Shown here in pieces: positions 1 to 15,953 of a stretch of DNA of 64,000 nucleotides. The translations under genes and the position numbers were made by a program. The number at the start of each line of letters is the position of its first letter. Positions within the stretch are counted from its first letter, which is position 1. The notes below the pieces were generated by a model. That model ran no database searches. It was not told where the DNA came from and saw only the letters and a program-made list of their open reading frames with translations. Source of the stretch: the human T2T-CHM13v2.0 reference genome, Homo sapiens. The stretch is taken from the NCBI RefSeq assembly GCF_009914755.1, contig NC_060929.1. One strand, given 5' to 3'.

Positions 1-1454
<1,454 letters not shown>

Positions 1455-1815
1455 TATTACTCAATTTTCATACAGCTATAAAGAAATCTCTGAGACTGAG
1501 TAATTTATTAAGAAAAAGAGGTTTAATGGACTCATAGTTCCATATGGCTGCAGAGGCCTCAAAATCATGGCAGAAGGTGAAGGTGAAGCAAAGGCACATC
1601 TTACATGACACCAGGCAAGACAGCATGTGCAGGGGACCTGCTCTTTATAAAACCATCAGAACTTGTGAGACTTATTCACTATCACAAGAACGTCATGGGA
1701 AAATCTGCCCCCATGATTCAGTTACCTTCTGCCAGGTCCCTCCCATGACACTTGGGGATTATGGGAGCTACAATTCAAAATAAGATTTGGGTGGTGACAC
1801 AGCCAAAGCATATTA
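1455..1815 (-). mobile_element. THE1C/D-like MaLR solo LTR
   Basis: Typical THE1 text from gaggtttaatggactcatagttcc through taagatttgggtggtgacacagccaaagcatatta. Confidence 0.9.
1714..1724 (-). promoter_or_regulatory. DUX4-type motif TAACTGAATCA in the THE1 LTR
   Basis: Reverse complement of tgattcagtta fits TAAYBBAATCA at the usual MaLR position; binding is not shown. Confidence 0.4.
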
Positions 1816-2014
1816 GAGCTATAGATATAAAAATATCATTGATACTTCACTGAAGAAAAAATTAGAAAATATTCCAAAAAGAAAGCAAAGATACAATAAC
1901 AAGGGCATCCTATTCTCTTTTCCAACCTAACAAGAATGGAAAATGACTACAAGTGAAAATTGAGAGCTATCATCCCAATTTCCCATCTTTGTATCTTTGT
2001 CTTGACTTCCGTAA

Positions 2015-2329
2015 TTTTTTTTTTTGACAGGGTCTCACCCTTGTTGAGGCTGAATGCAGTGGCATGATCAATGGCTCATTGCAGCCTCAGCTTCCCAGGC
2101 TCAAACCATCCTTCCACCCTCTGTCTTTGAGTAGCTGGGACCGCAGGCACCTGCCACCACACCTGGCAAGTTTTTGTATTTTTTGTAGGGGTTTCACCTT
2201 GTTGCCCAGGCTGGTCTTAAGTTCCTGTGCTCAAGTGATCTGCCCACCTTGGCCTCTTAAAGTACTGGGATTACAGGCATGAGTCACAAATGCTGGGATT
2301 ACAGACATAGGCCACTGTGCCCCATTGCC
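2015..2329 (-). mobile_element. AluJ with a ~28 bp internal tandem duplication near its 5' end
   Basis: PolyT then gacagggtctc, with J-type ctcaagtgatc; ctgggattacag occurs twice at about 2262-2320. Confidence 0.9.
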
Positions 2330-2468
2330 TTCTGTATTTCTAATGCCAATCTTTTCTTCCATCTTCTTTACTACTAGAAAGCAGGCCATTAACTAATGGA
2401 AGCAGAGACAGAAAGGAGTCAGTATTTCTATAGATCTTTAGGCAGGAAAAGAAATGAGGCTGAAATGA

Positions 2469-2852
2469 TGATATTGTTTGTTTTTGTGTCCCCACCTAAA
2501 TCTCATCTCAAATTGTAATACATATAATCCCCACGTGTTGAGAGTCCTGCCCTCAAAACATGGGGATGATTGGATCATGGGGGCAGCTTCCCCCATGCTG
2601 TTCTTGTGATAGTGAGTGAGTTCTCAAAAGATCCGATGGTTTTATAAGGGGCTCATCCTCCTTTGCTCATTTGCTCTCTCTCATCTGCCACCATGTAAGA
2701 CATGCCTTTGCTTCTCTCTCCTTCCACCATGATTGTAAGTTTCCTGAGGCCTCCTAAACCATGCGGAAGTGTGAGTCAATTAAACCTCTTTCCTTTATAA
2801 ATTATGTAGTCGCAGGTACACCTTTATAGCAGTGTGAGAACTGACTAATACA
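2469..2852 (+). mobile_element. MSTA/THE1D-like MaLR solo LTR
   Basis: tgatattgtttg...ctgactaataca; 5 bp TSD aatga/aatgg. Confidence 0.9.
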
Positions 2853-3334
2853 AATGGAGTATAGGCACAGGGATGGCTTCTCTCATCTTCTGTTAAAGTC
2901 ACCTGAAAACAAGAGAAACAGATATCACTTTGCACAATACTATTGACCTATCCAATTATGAATCTGCATCCCAAAGAGAGTTGAAACTAATCTGAAAACA
3001 ACTTGCTTGATTTCTTTAGCATCCCCACAATCATATTCACAGCAAAAAGTCTTCTGTGTATAGATGTAAAGATATTTTCACGGATTCAGTGAAATTTGCT
3101 TTGGAGCACTGGAATTGTTTTACATTTACCACTGAGAAAGTTAGAGGAATAGCACATTTTACAATCAGTCTTTCAGTTCTCAGAGGGCCTCTTATCCTAA
3201 AAAAGTTCCCATGACTGACTCTCAACATGTTTTTAAAAACCTTTTACCTCTATATGTGGCTGTGGTCATGTAGTTGATTTTTTTTTTGAGATTAAAAACA
3301 CATAAACACAATCAGTCAAGCAGATGGATTTATA

Positions 3335-3745
3335 TTGCTGTTTGTATTCCTACCAGCAATGCATGAAAGTTCAAGTTGCTCCATATGCTCATCAACACTT
3401 TTTATTGGCCTTTTTTCATTTTAGCCATTCCAGTGGGTATGTAGGGATAACTCATATTTCAATATTTGAATTTCTCTGATGACTAATGATGCTAAACACT
3501 TTTCTATGTCTATTGGTCAGTCATGTATTTTCTTTTCTGAAGTTTCTGTTTAAACATTTTTTTAAACTTTTAACTGACTTGTATTTCTATTAATGAGTTG
3601 TAAGAGTACTTTATATATTTTAAATATGAATAATTTATCAAATATATGTTTTGAAATATCTTCTCCCAACCTATGGCTTATCTTTTCATATTGTTAATGG
3701 TGTCTTTTGTGAGCAGAAGCCTTTTATTTTTATAAGTTTACAATA
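3335..3745 (-). mobile_element. Old L1M ORF2 3' fragment
   Basis: cctaccagcaatgcatgaaagttc...ttagccattc...gagcagaagcctttt. Confidence 0.7.
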
Positions 3746-3749
3746 TTTT

Positions 3750-4900
3750 GTAAAAGACATAGGCATAGAAACAAAAAAACAGATGAGTGGTTGCCAGAAG
3801 CTGTGGCTAGGGATGGGAAACTGATTGCATATGGACATAAGGGAACTTATTATTGTGATAAAAAATATTTCATATCTTAAATGAACTCAAACAAATTTAC
3901 AAGAAAAAAACAAACAACCCCATCAAAAAGTGGGCAAAGGACATGAACAGACACTTCTCAAAAGAAGACACTTATGCAGCCAAAAAACACATGAAAAAAT
4001 GCTCACCATCACTGGCCATCAGAGAAATGCAAATCAAAACCACAATGAGATACCATCTCACACCAGTTAGAATGGCGATCATTCAAAAGTCAGGAAACAA
4101 CAGGTGCTGGAGAGGATGTGGAGAAATAGGAATACTTTTACACTGTTGGTGGGACTGTAAACTAGTTCAACCATTGTGGAAGTCAGTGTGGCGATTCCTC
4201 AGGGATCTAGAACTAGAAATACTATTTGACTCAGCCATCCCATTACTGGGTATATACCCAAAGGACTATAAATCATGCTGCTATAAAGACACATGCACAC
4301 GTATGTTTACTGCGGCACTATTCACAATAGCAAAGACTTGGAACCAACCCAAATGTCCAACAATGACAGACTGGATTAAGAAAATGTGGCACATATACAC
4401 CATGGAATACTATGCAGCCATAAAAAATGATGAGTTCATGTCCTTTGTAGGGACATTTATGAAATTGGAAATCATCACTCTCAGTAAACTATTGCAAGGA
4501 CAAAAAACCAAACACTGCATATTCTCACTTATAGGTGGGAATTGAACAATGAGAACACATGGACACAGGAAGGGGAACATCACACTCTGGGGACTGTTGT
4601 GGGGTGGGGGGAGGGGGGAGGGACAGCATTAGCAGATATACCTAATGCTAAATGACGAGCTAATGGGTGCAGCACACCAGCATGGCACATGTATACATAT
4701 GTAACTAACCTGCACATTGTGCACATGTACCCTAAAACTTAAAGTACAATAATAATAAAATAAAATAAATTTCATATCTTAATTATGATAATGGTCACAC
4801 AACTATATATATTTGTCAAAACTCATCAACTGTAACCTTTAAAAAGGTGATCTTGTTTATTGTACGTAAAGCATAACTCTATAGGCCTAATTTAAAGTAA
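3750..4900 (+). mobile_element. Old L1M (MC/MD-like) 3'UTR interrupted by an L1PA3
   Basis: agatgagtggttgccag before the insertion and atttgtcaaaactcatcaactgta after it. Confidence 0.7.
3881..4768 (+). mobile_element. 5'-truncated L1PA3-like element
   Basis: ORF2 C-terminus (MNRHFSKED...SLIGGN), 3'UTR cacactctggggactg, A-rich tail; 14 bp TSD atttcatatcttaa at 3867-3880 and 4769-4782. Confidence 0.95.
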
Positions 4901-5104
4901 AATAAAATCGCTTTGAAATCCTCCCATGTAAACAGAATAGTCTCCCCTGATGTGCTCCTTACATTTGGGAATGAAAAACAGAAACATTTAAAAAATGAGA
5001 GTGGGGCAGGAATTTATTATCACAATCTTAGTACTGCCTTCCAAACATGGGACTCTAAGATAGAGGCAAGCAATTGAGGTCAGAGAATCCAATTTGAAGA
5101 AATT

Positions 5105-5242
5105 GAGAAAAAAAAAGAAGAAGAAAGAGAGAGACAGAGAGAAAAAAGAAAAAGAGAGAGAGAGGCAGGGAGGGTGGGAGGGAGGGAGGGAGGGAGGGAG
5201 GAAGGAAGGAAGGAAGGAAAGAAGGAAGGAAGGAAAAGAAAG
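5105..5242 (+). repeat. Polypurine (GA/GGGA/GGAA)n tract
   Basis: Nearly pure purine run of ~140 bp, read directly. Confidence 0.95.
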
Positions 5243-6431
5243 ACTGACTATATAAGTTAGCTGTTTAAATTCACAATATTATCACACATGTTCTTGTAAT
5301 TCCTTACATTAAGTCACTTAACAAACTCAGACATTTTAACTGCTAAACTTCATTGTATGCTCTTTCATATCCTGTGATCCTAAGGGAAGTCTTTGTGCAG
5401 GAAATCTTTCTTATAGTTGATCTAAATAACTATTAGATTATAGCCTAAATAAATCATGTTTTTCAAATGCTGGATGCATTGTTTCTCTTATTTAGCGCCA
5501 GCCTTGGATGAACTGTATCTTCAACAAATGAAATTTTGTGCAAACTGTCACTTCACTGTCCAAAAGGATTTGGCTCTTTTAGAAAGCAGTTTCTGACCTC
5601 AAGATTACAGTCTACATTGCTTATATCCTTTTTTCCCTAAAATACAGAAGGCATCCGGGAGCATGAAAGGAGGTATTTTGTGTATATTGCTCAAACCAAT
5701 CATTTTGGGTTATCAGCTTCTCATGTACTGCATACTGTACTGCATCTGAGCTAAGAATTTGAAGAGATCAGCCAGTATTCTGATGGAAACTTTGAAATGA
5801 CAGAGATAAGATAAAGAACATACTGTATACTGTATAGGGAAAATATCATTGGACAAAAGAAAATTAGAAGTACAATATGGTACAAATAGTGCTAGTACTT
5901 AGTTATATCATTTTTACTTTTATACTCAATGCACCTGAAAAAATACTTTACCAAAAAAGTACCAACAGAAAAAGAAAGACATGGATGATTATCTAGATGA
6001 ATCCATCAGGCAATTACATATGTAGAAGCTACACACTTAGCTTTGCCTAATAAACCTTATTTTACTCAGAGAAGTGCCTATGAGCCATAAACACTCCCTT
6101 TTCAGTTGGGCAGCTATCTCAGATAATTCCTTGTGATGATTGAGAAAGTATTAGATTAACCTGTGGTACTAAACATAGACAGATTCTCTCTCCAAAAACC
6201 TATGTTCCTATCCCAAGCATCAGAGTGGCTCTTGCCATTAGCCCCTTTCATTTCTGGCATTTCTTCCTCATACCAACGCTCACAGTCAGTACTTCCATCC
6301 CCCTGCCCCAGGCCTTCCAAACTTTACATTGCAGATATGGGACAGGAAACATGTTGATAAATCAGGAGTACTTTGCAGGGTGACTATCTTCTTCCTGCTA
6401 GAGGAAGAGCTGAAAAAAAAAATACTAATTT

Positions 6432-8595
6432 TCTTCCTCTTTATTTCTTCTAAAAAAAATGGGCTACATGTGCAGAATGTGCAGCTTTGTTACATAGGTA
6501 TACATGTGCCATGGTGGTTTGCTGCACCTATTGAATCATCCTCTAAGTTCCCTCCCCTAACCCCCAACAGGCCCTGGTGTGTCTGTTCCCCTCTCAGTGT
6601 CCGTGTGTTCTCAATGTTCAACTCCCACTTATGAGTGAGAACAGGCGGTGTTTGGTTTTCTGTTCCTGTGTTATTTTGCTGAGGATGATGGCTTCCACCT
6701 TCACCCATGTCTCTGCAAAGGACATAATCTCATTCCATTTTGTGGCTGCAAAGTATTCCATGGTGTTTATGTACCACATTTTCTTTATCCAGTCTATCAT
6801 TGATGGGCATGTGGGTTAGTTCTATGTCTTTGGTATTGTAAATAGTGCTGCAGTAAACATATGTGTGCATGTGTCTTTATAGTAGAACGATTTATATTCC
6901 TTTGAGTATATACCCAGTAACGGGATTGCTGGGTCAAATGACACTTCTGGTTCTAGATCCTTGAGGAATTGCCATATTGTCTTCCACAATGGTTGAACTA
7001 ATTTACACTCCCACCAACAGTGTAAAAGTGTTCCTATTTCCCACAGCCTCACTAGCAGAATCTATTGTTTCCTGACTTGTTAATAATCGTCCTTCTGACT
7101 GACATGAGATGGTATCTCATTGTGGTTTTGATTTGCATTTGTCTTTTGACCAGTGATGCTGAGCTATTTTTCATGTGTTTCTTGGCCACATAAATGTCTT
7201 CTTTTGAGAAGTGTCTGTTCATATCCTTCGCCCACTTTATGATGGGGTTGTTTGTGTTTGTCGTTTCCTTTTTTTTTTTTTTTTTTTTTTGATGGAGTTT
7301 CCCTCTGTCGCCCAGGCTGGAGCACAGTGGCGGGATGTTGGCTCACTGCAAGCTCCGCCTCCCCGGTTCACGCCAATTCTCCTGCCTCAGCCGCCGGAGT
7401 AGCTGGGACTACAGGCGCCCGCCACCACACCTGGCTAATTTTTTTGTATTTTTAGTAGAGATGGGGTTTCACCGTGTTAGCCAGGATGGTCTCCATCTCT
7501 TGACCTCGTGATCCACCCTTCTCGGCCTCCAAAAGTGCTGGGATTACAGGTGTGAGCCACTGAGTCCGGCCAAAGTTCCTTGTAAATTCTGGAAATTAGT
7601 CCTTTGTGAGATGGGTAGATTGCAAAAATTTTCTACCATTCTGTAGGTTGTCTGTTCACTCTGATGATAGTTTCTTTTGCTATGCAGAAGCTCTTTAATT
7701 CGATTTCATTTGTCAATATTTGCTTTTGTTGCAATTGCTTTTGGTGTTTTAGTTACAAAGTCTTTACCCATGCCTAGGAGCTGAAAGGTGTTGTCTAGGT
7801 TTTCTTCTAAGGTTTTAATGGTTTGGGTTTTACATTTAAGTCTTTAATCCATCTTGATTTAATTTTGTATAAGGTGTAAGGAAGGGGTCCAGTTTTACTT
7901 TTCTGCATATGGCTAGCCAGTTTTCACAGCACCATTTACTGAATAGGACATCCTTTCTCCATTGTTTGTTTTTGTCAGATTCATCAAAGATCAGATGGTT
8001 GTAGATGTGTGGTGGTATTTCTGAGGTCTGTGTTCTGTTGCATTGGTCTATATATCTGTTTTGGTACCAGTACCATGCTGTTTTGGTTACTGTAGCCTTG
8101 TAGTATAGCTTGAAGTCAGGTAGCATCATGTCTCCAGCTTTATTCTTTTGGCTTAGGATTGTCTTGGCTATGCAGGATTTTCTTTGATTCCATATGAAAT
8201 TTAACATAGTTTTTTCTAATTCTGTGAAAAATGTCAATGGCAGTTTGATGGGAATAGCATTGTATCTATAAATTACTTTGGGTAGAATGGCCATTTTCAC
8301 GATACTGATTCTTCCTATTCATAAAGATGGAATGCTTTTCCATTTTTTGTCTCCTCTCTTACTTCCTTGAGCAGTAGTTTGTAGTTCTCCTGAAAAGGTT
8401 CCTCGGATCCCTTGTTAGCTGTATTCCTAGGTATTTTATTCTCTTTGTAGCGATTGTTAATGGGAGTTCATTCATGATTTGGCTCTCTGCTTGCCTATTG
8501 TTGGTGTAAAGGAATGCTTGTGACTTTTGCGCATTGATTTTGTATCCTGAGACTTTCCTAAAGTTGCTTATTAGTTCAAGAAGTTTTGGGGCTGA
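6432..8595 (-). mobile_element. 5'-truncated L1PA8-like element with a nested AluY
   Basis: 3'UTR cctctaagttccctcccc; ORF2 peptides on minus; imperfect TSD gctgaaaaaa..tactaattt at 6409-6431 and 8591-8610. Confidence 0.9.
7269..7571 (-). mobile_element. AluY
   Basis: PolyT plus Y diagnostics gcaagctccgcc, ttcacgcca, accgtgttagccaggatgg. Confidence 0.95.
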
Positions 8596-9596
8596 AAAAA
8601 TTACTAATTTAAGCACAAAAGAACATTTGACTGGATGTTAAAAGGCATTGGTCCAAGACCTCACTCTGCTCCAACCTGGTTAAGAAACTTGAAGCCAGTC
8701 ACACAACATGAATGTACACTTTTTATCTTAAAAATGTAGGAGTTATACTAAACGATTATTAACTTCCTTTTAGCGCCAATATCCTAATATTATAATGTTT
8801 TTATATTATCAAATTATGAGAGTTGTGGAAGTTCAGAAGATATTTTCCCCAAATGTGTTATTTGTTGAAATAACACATGAGCCATGTTAACCTAATGTAA
8901 TTCCTAGTATTCATAAAATGAAAAGCATTTGCCTTGCCTGTGTTCCTACTTCCCTATCATTTTCATTACAGCATGGCCCAAAGTATGCCCATTGCTCAGC
9001 AAGCAGTAATGAAGTGGAGCCCATTTGGTTAATAATTCAATTCTGGAAATCCCACCTAGAGTCATTTCCTTCTGCTCTGAATCCTTTCAAAGATCAGTTT
9101 GGCACTTTGAATTTTAATTTTCTAGGATATAAGTTTTTCTTAAGTAGAGGTGATTCACATAAAAAAGAAAATATTACTTGTTCCTTTTGAAATAACATAG
9201 TCTATAATGTTCAATATTCAAAAATGGCTTATTAGCAAATAATTTCAAAACATTATTTAAAAGTTTAAAATAGTAGGTTACTGTCTTCATGTGTCAGTCA
9301 GTGGGGAATTGCACATCCAAAAAAGCAATTGTCCTTGATGACTCAGAAACATGGCACAGGCTGGCTCTAAATACTGAGCCTAGAAGACAGCATAACAACT
9401 CACCAGATATCCTTAACTGCTGGAAGCCATGAGGCTACATGGGATTACCTGCCTCATCTCACATTGTCTTTTTCAGTGTGGCATCAGTGTACTAGGAGCC
9501 TTTCTTCCCAGATTGTACAGGTCACCAATATAATATTATATGACCACTCCTGGCCCTTACTGAGAAAGTCAAAAGGAATAATAAAAGAGTTGGGGA

Positions 9597-10254
9597 CCAA
9601 TATCTCCCAATTACTCCTTCTCTGCTAACCATATCAGCCTCTGGTAATAACCATCCTACTCTCTACAAATATGAGTTAAACTTTTTTAGAATCCACGTAT
9701 AGGTGAAATCATGTGGCATTTGTCTTTCTGTGACTGGCTTATTTCACTTAACATATGTCCTCCAGGTTCATCTATGTTGTCAAAAGTGGCAGGATTTTCT
9801 TCTTTTTTATGGCTGAATAGTATTCCATTGTGTATATATACCACGTTTTCTTTATTCATTCATACATTGTTGGACCATTATGTTGATTCAATATCTTGGC
9901 TATTATGAGTACTACTATAGTAAATGTTGGAGTGCAGATATCTCTTTGACATACTGATTTTATTTCCTTTGGATATATACCCAGTTAGATAGGAGGAATA
10001 AATTCAACAGGTCTATTTTAGAGCATGGTGACTACAGTCATCATATATCATTAAAATATGATGATATATTGTATTCTTGAAAAGTGCAAAGAGAGTGGAT
10101 ATCAAGTGCTCTCACCATGGAAATGAAAACTCTGTGAGGTAATGCATTTGTTAATCAGCTAGATTTAACTCTTCCACTACACACACATACACATTTCAAA
10201 ACATGTTGTACATAATAAATACAATTTTATCCGTAAACTAAAAACGTAAATTTA
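9597..10254 (+). mobile_element. L1MA (MA8/9-like) 3' end with twin-priming inversion
   Basis: Inverted part 9597-~9985, sense part from cagttagataggagg; TSD aaaagagttg at 9583 and 10255. Confidence 0.85.
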
Positions 10255-10967
10255 AAAAGAGTTGAGAAGCAAGTGAGCAGGAAGAAAACTAGTAGAACTT
10301 AGTCACTGCAGCGTCATAAATATAACTTCCACGTCCTCCAGAAAAGGAGACAATGGAATGACAGTTGGGCAACCAGAGTATAAATAGGGACCACTTGGCT
10401 GTTCAGCTCAAATGGATGACTGAGACAAAAAGCTACCGAAGGCAATGGCATGCTGCAATTTCCTTGAAATAGGATTATGATCTGTGTGAATCTTAAAAGA
10501 AGATGAGTTTAATATATAAAAAAACCAAATAGCATTGTGAAAAATATAAAACTTTTCATCCGCAAACTCTAAAAATGTGTCATCAAACACAAGATTCTTT
10601 TAAGCTATCAAAAATGATTCAGAAATAAATCATTTAGGCAAGAGAAGTAAGATTACTGAGTTTAATATAGCTATCAGTAAATTGTTTTTTTATTATCTCA
10701 ACACTAAATTCTGTGTGACACAAACTTACAGTGAATGAAAATACACTGAATGAAAAATGTACAATCAAATGAAAATGCTATAGCTTCACAGAATATTCTT
10801 GTTGATATACATATCTTTTCCATCCTGCATTCAATCAGCTGGAATTATTTTTAAGGAAATAATTTATTTCAGTGAATGGATCTCTTAAAAGTTTAAATCT
10901 CAGGGTTGGGTTGAAGACACTAGTTCCTGGGCATCAGCTTTTTGAATTAATGTATAGCCTACCAATG

Positions 10968-10991
10968 AGGCGTGAGCCGCCGCGCCCGGCT
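10968..10991 (-). mobile_element. Isolated 24 bp Alu 5' terminus
   Basis: aggcgtgagccgccgcgcccggct is the reverse complement of an Alu start. Confidence 0.8.
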
Positions 10992-11100
10992 GTTGCTTTA
11001 CACTTTTAAAGATGTTTCTTAAAGTTCCAAAGGCAAAAAAAATAAAAATCAGTAAATAAAGTAAGTGTTATAACCAATCTTTAAAATCCTAGTGGTAATG

Positions 11101-11395
11101 GGCCGGGTGCGGTGGCTCGCGCCTGTAATCCCAGCACTTTGGGAGGCCGAGGCGGGCGGATCACGAGGTCATGGGATCCAGACCATCCTGGCTAACACGG
11201 TGAAACCCCGTCTCTACCAAAAAATACAAAAAACTAGCCGGGCGTGGTGGCAGGCGCCTGTAGTCTCAGCTATTAGGGAGGCTGAGGCAGGAGAATGGCG
11301 TGAACCTGGGAGGCGGAGCTTTCAGTGAGCCGAGATGGCGCCACTGCACTCCAGCCTGGGCCACAGGCGAGACTACGTTAAAAAAAAAAAAAAAG
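11101..11395 (+). mobile_element. AluY
   Basis: Full dimer with A tail; 16 bp TSD aatcctagtggtaatg at 11085-11100 and 11396-11411. Confidence 0.97.
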
Positions 11396-11894
11396 AATCC
11401 TAGTGGTAATGGTCCCTGGATTCCACATGAATGAGAATGAAGCATGGTGGACTCTTGAAGTTCTTTCTTGACCATTTACTTATTTCCTTTGTAGATGTTG
11501 CTGCTCAGACGTTAACCCAGTCCGGACTGAAATTGGCTCCAGCTCAAGGCACTGACTCAACTCAAAAGAGTTCTAGTCTTTCCATTTAGTCTTCTTTTTT
11601 TGTTTCAGTCCAGGGAAACCTCTGGCCTGGGCTATGCTGCATGTTTATTTCACAAGTTCTTTGCCACCCTTAGCTCCTGCTTTATTTCTTGAGTTCTTGA
11701 GGGAAAAGACAATAGTTCCTCAAGAATCAACTAACTAAGTTTTCTACCTTGATTTTGAAGTTACCTCCTCTGTCCTTTCTGAGAATGAGTGGGGTCCTGC
11801 AAACCCTAGCTCTTTCCCTGGTCCAGTGTATTCCACCCCCATTCAGTTTACTTGAATCACTAGCCAGTTATTAAGATAGCACATTTGCCTATTT

Positions 11895-12200
11895 AACATT
11901 TGTTTATTTAGCAAATACAGTCCTTATTGAGCTGTTTGTGTGCCAGACACTATGCTAGGCATGGAGCACACTATAGTGAATAAAAAGATATTGTGCCTGT
12001 CGTGGTGGAGCCTAATATGAAAAAAATAATTTTAATAATATTACAAAATTAGTATAATGAAAGATAAAAAAAATCCTGAGAGAGATTATAAGGGATCTAC
12101 TTTAAATTGAATGATTAGGGGAAGCCTACCTGAAAAGATAAGGTTGTAACTGAAATATTAAGGACAAGAGTGGGGAGTGAAAGCATTAGAGACAGTGATG
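11895..12200 (-). mobile_element. L2 3' fragment
   Basis: tttagcaaatac...ttattgagc...gtgccagacactatgctagg, typical antisense L2 tail. Confidence 0.7.
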
Positions 12201-13816
12201 ATCTGAGATAGTCCTAAACTATATCAGGTTAGCCTCATACAGTTGCTCAGGGTATGCAGTAGCACTAGTTGCTGGGGTCTACTCTGAGATCTTGACATAG
12301 CGTATTCTGCAGTCCTATTATCTTGTACTGGGTCTTAACCTCTACTCTAAGTTAGAGTCTGGGTCTCTCTCCTGTATAGACTTTTTGCCTGATGCCTTTA
12401 TCCACGATATCAGGCTCCCATAGACCTTTCAAAATACCGGTCTGTTACTCTACTTCTCTCTAATCCCAAGTTCATGTCTCGAGTACACCTTCCACTGAGC
12501 TTTGTTTCTAAACAGTGAGGAACTTCTAGGCTTCAGTGCATTTTCAGGGAAGAAGTTTTCAAGCCCTTCTTGCTCAGATTGACAACTCTGCTCACTCCTC
12601 CAGGCCCTTTCAGAAGGCCATCTACACTCTCAGCCAAATATCAGAAATCTCTTGGGAAAAACTTATCACCACAGAATGATAGGAGAAAAAGTATTATTTT
12701 ATTAAGTAGAAGCAATACCTTAAAAAGCAAAATATTTGTTGAAGAAAATTGTATATTACCTTTTTAAAAGTTAGTTTTCATAACTCCTTTAGAGAAAGTC
12801 TCTTAATGCCACGTGTTTGTAACATACTAAGAGAGTTTAAAGGACAGCAGCCACATTTCAGAAACAATAATCTAAGGACTCAGTTTTAAATACATGCAGA
12901 CATAATTATCTTCCTTTAAAATATAAAAGTCATAATAAAATTTCGAGTGTCAAAAAGAGAACTGCAGATTGATAGATAAGCTTAGAAAAAACCTAGAATG
13001 AGTACTTAGTATAATTAGAGTTGTTGGTTCAATTCGAAAATACAAAAGAATAAAAGATTTAAACAATAAATAGGCACAGTGAAGTACTTTTCTAATTCTT
13101 GCTTGTTTGTGAAAACTTTAAAGACTATTTCAAATATATAGAAAATTTGAAATTAAAACAATTAATAAAAGCATACTTATACATTTGTTCTAGAAGTAGA
13201 AGTGAATCTCATATCTGGAACTACTGGTAGATTGCTTAAAAATCCTGTTAATGATGATGTCAATAAAGCTGCCATATTTGCAATTAGAAGTGACACTTCT
13301 CAGCACAAAACCATACATTTTTACATTTCATGTTTATGAGTATTAATTGTGCTATTTCCTCATGCCCTACACCATGATGAATATATTGGTGCTGTCAAAA
13401 CACAGAGTAAAACCCCAAGGACCTTATTGATTAATTAGCTTTTCCAGATAATCTGGAAATATAAATTTTGTTTCCAAAAGAGAATTAGGTTTAGTATGTT
13501 TGCTACATCTCTGAAATTAGAGAAATATGATTTATAAAATATCTGCCGTTGTATACATGTTTATTTTTTAATTCCATTCTTGAAATATTTATTTCCTACA
13601 AAATTGAGCTAACAATAGGATTTAAGTAGAATATTCGTTTTTTGTTTTTAAAAAGGTTCTATCTCAACAAGACCATAAAGTTATTTTAAGTGGGTTAACA
13701 ATGGGAAAGTAACACATTAGGAATGGGACAGGCATAACACTCTGATTGGTAGAGCAGAAAGATGATATTCTTGTCAAAACTGTAATTGGAAAATTTTCTA
13801 GACATGCTAAGCTAAG

Positions 13817-15953
<2,137 letters not shown>

